A stretch of 63,253 bases of DNA, the filler included, from Saprolegnia diclina VS20 (Eukaryota): NCBI RefSeq assembly GCF_000281045.1. It is 8 parts of 2 records of this genome, joined end to end, with 100 filler letters (N's around TTAATTAATTAA, not from the genome) between each part and the next. Parts side by side here need not be neighbours in the genome. Positions count along the whole stretch, not along the records: positions 57,898 to 63,253 come from NW_008246089.1; 7 more parts are not named here. One strand, 5' to 3'. The translations under genes and the position numbers were made by a program. Below, in pieces: positions 57,798 to 63,253 of the stretch. Position 1 is the first letter of the stretch. Every line of letters begins with the position of its first letter. The notes below the pieces were generated by a model. It ran no database searches. It was not told the origin of the DNA and worked only from the letters and a program-made list of their open reading frames with translations.

Positions 57798-57897
57798 NNN
57801 NNNNNNNNNNNNNNNNNNNNNNNNNNNNNNNNNNNNNNNNNTTAATTAATTAANNNNNNNNNNNNNNNNNNNNNNNNNNNNNNNNNNNNNNNNNNNN
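57798..57897. other. Artificial scaffold-joining spacer
   Basis: TTAATTAATTAA at 57842-57853. Confidence 0.97.
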
Positions 57898-59186
57898 CGC
57901 TCGACTTGGGAGCGCAGGAACGGTCCCGAGGCTTGCGGCGAGAGCGACCCGTACTCGACGTTCTGGAAGAAGCCGGTCGTGCTGTAAGCTGTGGGAGATA
58001 TCCAGCCCGTCGGGTCTGGGAAATCCCGCGAGACAGGCAGATCCGTGGTCACAAAGTCTTGGGCGTCGAATGCATCGTAGCTCGCATTTTGCTGCCGACT
58101 GTGAGCGTCGTGCTTGACGTCAACTGGCTTGTACACGTCGACAATTGATGGCTCTTCTGCGTCTTCGTCGCGTTGTGCTGGCGCAGTGTATGGCGTCAGT
58201 TGAGGCGGTGACACCTCGAGAGTGGTGAGCCGACCGACATTAGTCTTTCGGCCGTCGCTTCTTTGGCTCGGCGGCCGCGCCACGGGTGGTATTATAGCTG
58301 GCGGCGTCGGCGGCGACGGAATGGTTGGTGGCGACGGTACAGCCGGCGGTGACGGCATGACCTGAGAATCACCCGGAGCCTGCCCAGTATGGCCTTGGAC
58401 AAAGGGCTCAAGCGGAACCGGAATGCAAAACAAATCGCTGCGCTTCGACGTAATCGGAGGGGCAGGGACGGTCGGTGCGTCACTGCCTTCGTCAGGCTTG
58501 GGCACCGGGAGGGCACTACCTTGCACTGGCAGCATAAAGTCGTGGCCCGAGAGCTTATCACGCACGACGGGCGCCGTACACGCGTTGGTGACCGTGTTGA
58601 TAATGTTGGCGAACCAGAGGCTGACGACGTAGGCTCCAAACCAAATGCCCAGCGCCGCGGCCATGGTCCCGACTGTGACGTCGTATGAGCCTTCGGTCGT
58701 TGTGCGATCAGGCGTCGTCGTGGTCGTCGCCGGCGTGTAGATCTGGTGCCACCCGAGCGTGCAGAGGAAGAAGATGAGTTCCAAGATGTACTTGACCGCC
58801 CACGCCTTCCAGCCGTAAAAGTACACCATAAGGCTCAGCACAAGGCAAACGCTCGCTGTTGCTGGCCGCTTCGGGTCCGTCTCGATGATCGACTTGCGCT
58901 CGTACACGTTGAGCAGGTGCACATCAATGCGGCACAAGAAGCCGATCGTGCGGCTCGTGTAGTGGTTCAGGCGGTCGCGGTAGGTCGCCCACGACCGGCC
59001 ATGGCCGCAGCGAAGCATGTTCGTGGCGAGCCAGAACGGGTACGCGCAGAACCAGATGACGCAGAGCGCTGGAAAGACATAGTAGAGCGCTAGCTGGTAG
59101 GCGAAGGTGGCAGCGAGGAAGAGCACGAGCCGGCGACGCGACTTGTGGCCGCCGAGTCGCCACCGGCCGTCGCTGTTGCGCCACAT
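57898..59186 (-). CDS. N-terminal multi-TM and Pro-rich part of a probable membrane kinase, paralog of 59680..62265; presumed kinase domain cut by spacer
   Basis: Shares RRLVL, LCRxDVxxxNVY, YFxxWK, CxAPxxR, CIPVP and YDAFD motifs with the upstream kinase gene. Confidence 0.75.
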
Positions 59187-59679
59187 TACAATTCAGCACA
59201 CCGTCTCGCCAATCCGCCATCTCTGATTGGCTGAAATACCAACTTCGTAACGAGACCAGGCGCAGACTCTCTTCATCCGATTACCTGCCAACATCGATAC
59301 GTCAATATCCAATTAGGCTTTAAAAACCCTCTATATACCTCTGCAATTCGATACTTGTATCTAATGATATTCATGACGTGGCGCACGAGAGGAGAGAGCA
59401 CAAAAATCGTTTCCTCGATGTGCTGGTCCATGTGCAAACCGGCATCTCATGCGGCCCAAAAGAAATGCCACAAGTCGAGCCAATGTACCTCGATTGCAGG
59501 CAGGACCGCTACCTTCACCTACAACTCTGCGCTGCATAGAGTGGGCCATCGCACAGCCCAAGTGCGCCTCGATGCTCATGAAGACTGGTGCAATACATGT
59601 AACCCGAATAGTGACGTTTTCATATCGCAAAAAATTCAACCCCAACAGCATCATAAATCAACATACTAGTACACGGAAC

Positions 59680-62265
59680 TTAGTCGAGTGCCAGGAGCAC
59701 CTGCGCCATGCTCGGCCGCTTGGACGGGTCGTCGCGAAAGCACTGCGTCACGAGCTCTTGCAAATGCAGCGGAATCGCCTCTGAGAGTGCCAATCGGTCG
59801 CCCGACAAGACGCGCGCTGCTGCCTCGGCACCGCTCAGACCCACAAACGGACTCACGCCGTGGTACGTCTCCCAGATCAAGACGCCGAACGAGTAGACGT
59901 CCGACTGGTACGAAAAAGCGTGTGGCGGCGTCAGCGACTCGGGCGCCATGTACTTGAGCGGCCCCGTCCCGTGCGCAAAGTAGCTGCCGCCCACCGCGCC
60001 GACGCGCCGACACATGCCAAAGTCGCACACTTTGGCGTTAAGACTGGCGTCCACGAGGCAGTTGCTAGTTCAGATGTGAGATTCTCAGATACCAGATCAT
60101 CTGAGAGAGACAAGAAAAGAGAGATCGTACCGGGCTGCAATGTCGCGATGGATGAACCGACCTTCGTGCATGTTGAGAAAGCCGGACGCCGCACCTTTGA
60201 TAATCTGCTGCTTCTGCGCCGCACTCAACTGGGAGCGCTGGTCTTCGAGACTTCCGAACGGCAAGTACTCGGTCACGAGACTCAGCGGCTGCGAGAGGTC
60301 TGTGCACGCACCCACAAACGGCACAATGTTNNNNNNNNNNNNNNNNNNNNNNNNNNNNNNNNNNNNNNNNNNNNNNNNNNNNNNNNNNNNNNNNNNNNNN
60401 NNNNNNNNNNNNNNNNNNNNNNNNNNNNNNNNNNNNNNNNNNNNNNNNNNNNNNNNNNNNNNNNNNNNNNNNNNNNNNNNNNNNNNNNNNNNNNNNNNNN
60501 NNNNNNNNNNNNNNNNNNNNNNNNNNNNNNNNNNNNNNNNNNNNNNNNNNNNNNNNNNNNNNNNNNNNNNNNNNNNNNNNNNNNNNNNNNNNNNNNNNNN
60601 NNNNNNNNNNNNNNNNNNNNNNNNNNNNNNNNNNNNNNNNNNNNNNNNNNNNNNNNNNNNNNNNNNNNNNNNNNNNNNNNNNNNNNNNNNNNNNNNNNNN
60701 NNNNNNNNNNNNNNNNNNNNNNNNNNNNNNNNNNNNNNNNNNNNNNNNNNNNNNNNNNNNNNNNNNNNNNNNNNNNNNNNNNNNNNNNNNNNNNNNNNNN
60801 NNNNNNNNNNNNNNNNNNNNNNNNNNNNNNNNNNNNNNNNNNNNNNNNNNNNNNNNNNNNNNNNNNNNNNNNNNNNNNNNNNNNNNNNNNNNNNNNNNNN
60901 NNNNNNNNNNNNNNNNNNNNNNNNNNNNNNNNNNNNNNNNNNNNNNNNNNNNNNNNNNNNNNNNNNNNNNNNNNNNNNNNNNNNNNNNNNNNNNNNNNNN
61001 NNNNNNNNNNNNNNNNNNNNNNNNNNNNNNNNNNNNNNNNNNNNNNNNNNNNNNNNNNNNNNNNNNNNNNNNNNNNNNNNNNNNNNNNNNNNNNNNNNNN
61101 NNNNNNNNNNNNNNNNNNNNNNNNNNNNNNNNNNNNNNNNNNNNNNNACATCGTACGTGACGTGGGTGGTGACGGGCACAGTAGAGGGTGTATTCTCTTC
61201 TGGTAGATCGACGCCACGGAAGGCACCGCCAGTCGGAGGTGCTTGGTACAATCCATCAAATGCATCGTAAGCTTGATCGACGGCTTGAAGAGGCTCCGTG
61301 ACGAAGCGGAGACGTTGCATTGTCATGTCTGCTGCGCTCAATTCGTCGCTGTCGCTGACTTTGCGGTTGGGACGGGGCATCTCTGTCGTGGCCTCATCGG
61401 ATGTGCGTCGCCGGTGTAGACCAAAAGGTCGGCATGCCGACGCTCTGGCTGGTTTCGATGGCGGTGATTCGAGCAGTGGCACCGGCGTCGCTGCCGGCTT
61501 GGGAGCGTGTTGCGGGACAGGAATGCAGTAGGTATTCGTCGGGTAGGCGACCGTCGTAATACCGAGCGTGTCTTCGCCGCGGGGCGCCGTTGGACGCAGC
61601 CGCAACGGTGCGTCGTCCGGCTCGTTGGTGTCGACGAGGCTTTGGTACGTGGCGAGCGACGGGCGAAAGATGGGCGCGATGCAAAGCTCGCACATGCGCA
61701 CCGAGCACCACGCGACAAGGCGGAGGAACAAGAGCACCGGCAGCAGAAGCGCAATCCCCCGCTCGGCGTAGTGGCACTCGCGCGTCACGGCGACAAACTT
61801 GCGCGTGGCCGTGTCATATTCATAGTCATAGGGCTGACAAGTCGAGAATGGCAGCTGGATCAAGAACAGTGTCAAGGCGGCGATGCCAAACTCGAGCGAC
61901 TTCCAAAAGAGAAAGTACGCAAAGACACGGCCAACGTGCGTCTCCAGATCCACGGGCAGCGTTGGCTCGATGTAGAGCTTGACTGCGTACACGTTGCGAA
62001 CGCGGACGTCCCAGCGGCAGAGCCACTCGAGGTACCCCGAGCAGACGTTCTCGCGTACAAAGTCGCGAAAGAAGGTCCACGACGGCTGGCACGGCCACAA
62101 GAGAAGCTGCAGCAGCAGCATCATGGCGAGCCAGAAGAGCCAGAGCCCGAGCGCGATCGCGTGGAGAAGGATAAGCGCCATGTACGAGAAGGCGACGTAG
62201 AGCACGAGCCGCCGATACGACCGGTCGGTCCCGAGCACCCAGACGCCGACCCGCGCCGGCATCAT
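59680..62265 (-). CDS. Multi-pass membrane protein kinase (TK/TKL) with tyrosine-kinase-type catalytic loop; N gap in the middle
   Basis: About four N-terminal hydrophobic helices. Kinase motifs NIVPFVGAC..LVTEY, IHRDIAAR|NCLVD (intron 60065-60130), VCDFGM, GPLKYMAPES and SDVYSFGVLIWE. Confidence 0.88.
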
Positions 62266-63253
62266 CTCAATAGTGGGTGTTGACGGCAATGTGGGATCGT
62301 GTGTTTCTCAATTGCGTCTCAATCGAGACCAATCAATCGACACTGTCTCTTTCGGTACACGGTGGGAATGGAGCTTGCGACTCGGAGCTGCCGCAGCAAG
62401 TACAATGTGTAATATGCTGCTGGAGCTGCACACGTGCACAGTTGAGCGCTCTCTCGGTAAGTGCTCTTCTCCAAGGACCTTGTCTCGTCGGAACTCGGTG
62501 ATTTTCGATCGGCTTCAGAAACCTCACCCCAACGTCATCTCATCATCGTCTCCACTGTTGACGGACTGTAGCATCAGCCCAGAAGAGCTGCTGGATACGC
62601 TGCAAAGGTTCGTCTGCTGAAAGATCGGCGGTGAACCTTGCTGATGGGTTGGTGCACATGTGAATAACATGTGGAGCGGATATCAAGAAGCTTTGGCTTC
62701 AATCATTACAAGACAAGAAAGACTCCCTGCTGCCCAGCCTGGTGCCCCACGCGGGTGGCCTGGTTCTAACCTCTCGTGGAGCGCCATCGATTGGCATTGA
62801 ATCGCTCCACAGGCAGAACTTTGCGATACCACTCACATCGCGCTGCAATAGCTGCGATGCTGTGTGTGGTTGCAGTGATCTTATCGGCGCGTTTGGGCTA
62901 GGGCAAAGCAAGAGCACTACAAATACTTTGATCTCGCTTGCATAAGCAGTTCATTGTGGCTCGAAGGTAGTATATAAATTCAATAGGGTGTACTCAGGGG
63001 CAAATATGGTTTCACAATGGCGAGCTTGCTGAGGGGGCAATGGCCGTAATACCCTTATTACTGCCAGGACCTCAGTGAGGTGAGGCAGGTTGCTTCGTAC
63101 GAGTCAAGATTTAGAAGGCTAGCGCTACGATAGCTCGCAAGAGACCTCGTGAAAATATCGTTTCGACGCGCGCAAAACACCCAGAAACGAACAACGCACG
63201 CATCAGCAGCCATGAAGTTGTCGAGAGGACGAGAGGCGCGAGCGCTCACATTG

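Noticed and set aside
17761..57853. Recurrent TTAATTAATTAA palindrome as a biological repeat or recombination site
   Set aside because: Always centred in a 100-bp N-padded block; it is an assembly linker.
62300..63253. Short ORFs at the window end
   Set aside because: Lower GC, no codon bias or recognisable motif; treated as intergenic or degenerate.

Overview
Eukaryotic, GC-rich, gene-dense DNA with many short (about 45-70 nt) GT-AG introns and oomycete-type Inr/FPR and CCAAT promoter motifs. Gene content points to a Saprolegniales oomycete (Saprolegnia/Achlya-like; inference): a ricin-B-fused trypsin-like protease and its paralog, KRE6/SKN1-like GH16 proteins, a large NDxFWxGFN-repeat membrane protein and kinases with a multi-TM N-terminus. 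The window is not one contig. Seven artificial 100-bp spacers (N-run, TTAATTAATTAA, N-run) join eight segments, and there are four further N gaps, so adjacency across spacers is unreliable. About 33 coding loci or fragments can be supported, plus a degenerate L1-like retrotransposon carrying an archaeal-type RNase H. The most notable items are: (i) a membrane-anchored protein with two tandem GILT-like CPAC thiol-reductase domains whose intron/micro-exon pattern is duplicated; (ii) a multi-pass membrane kinase with the tyrosine-kinase catalytic loop HRDIAARN, plus a tandem paralog; (iii) a spliced gene with six SH3/Tudor/KOW-like repeats that the ORF track splits into three; (iv) a five-HMG-box protein; (v) bacterial-looking GNAT and flavohemoglobin genes. 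All family assignments come from motif recognition, not database searches.
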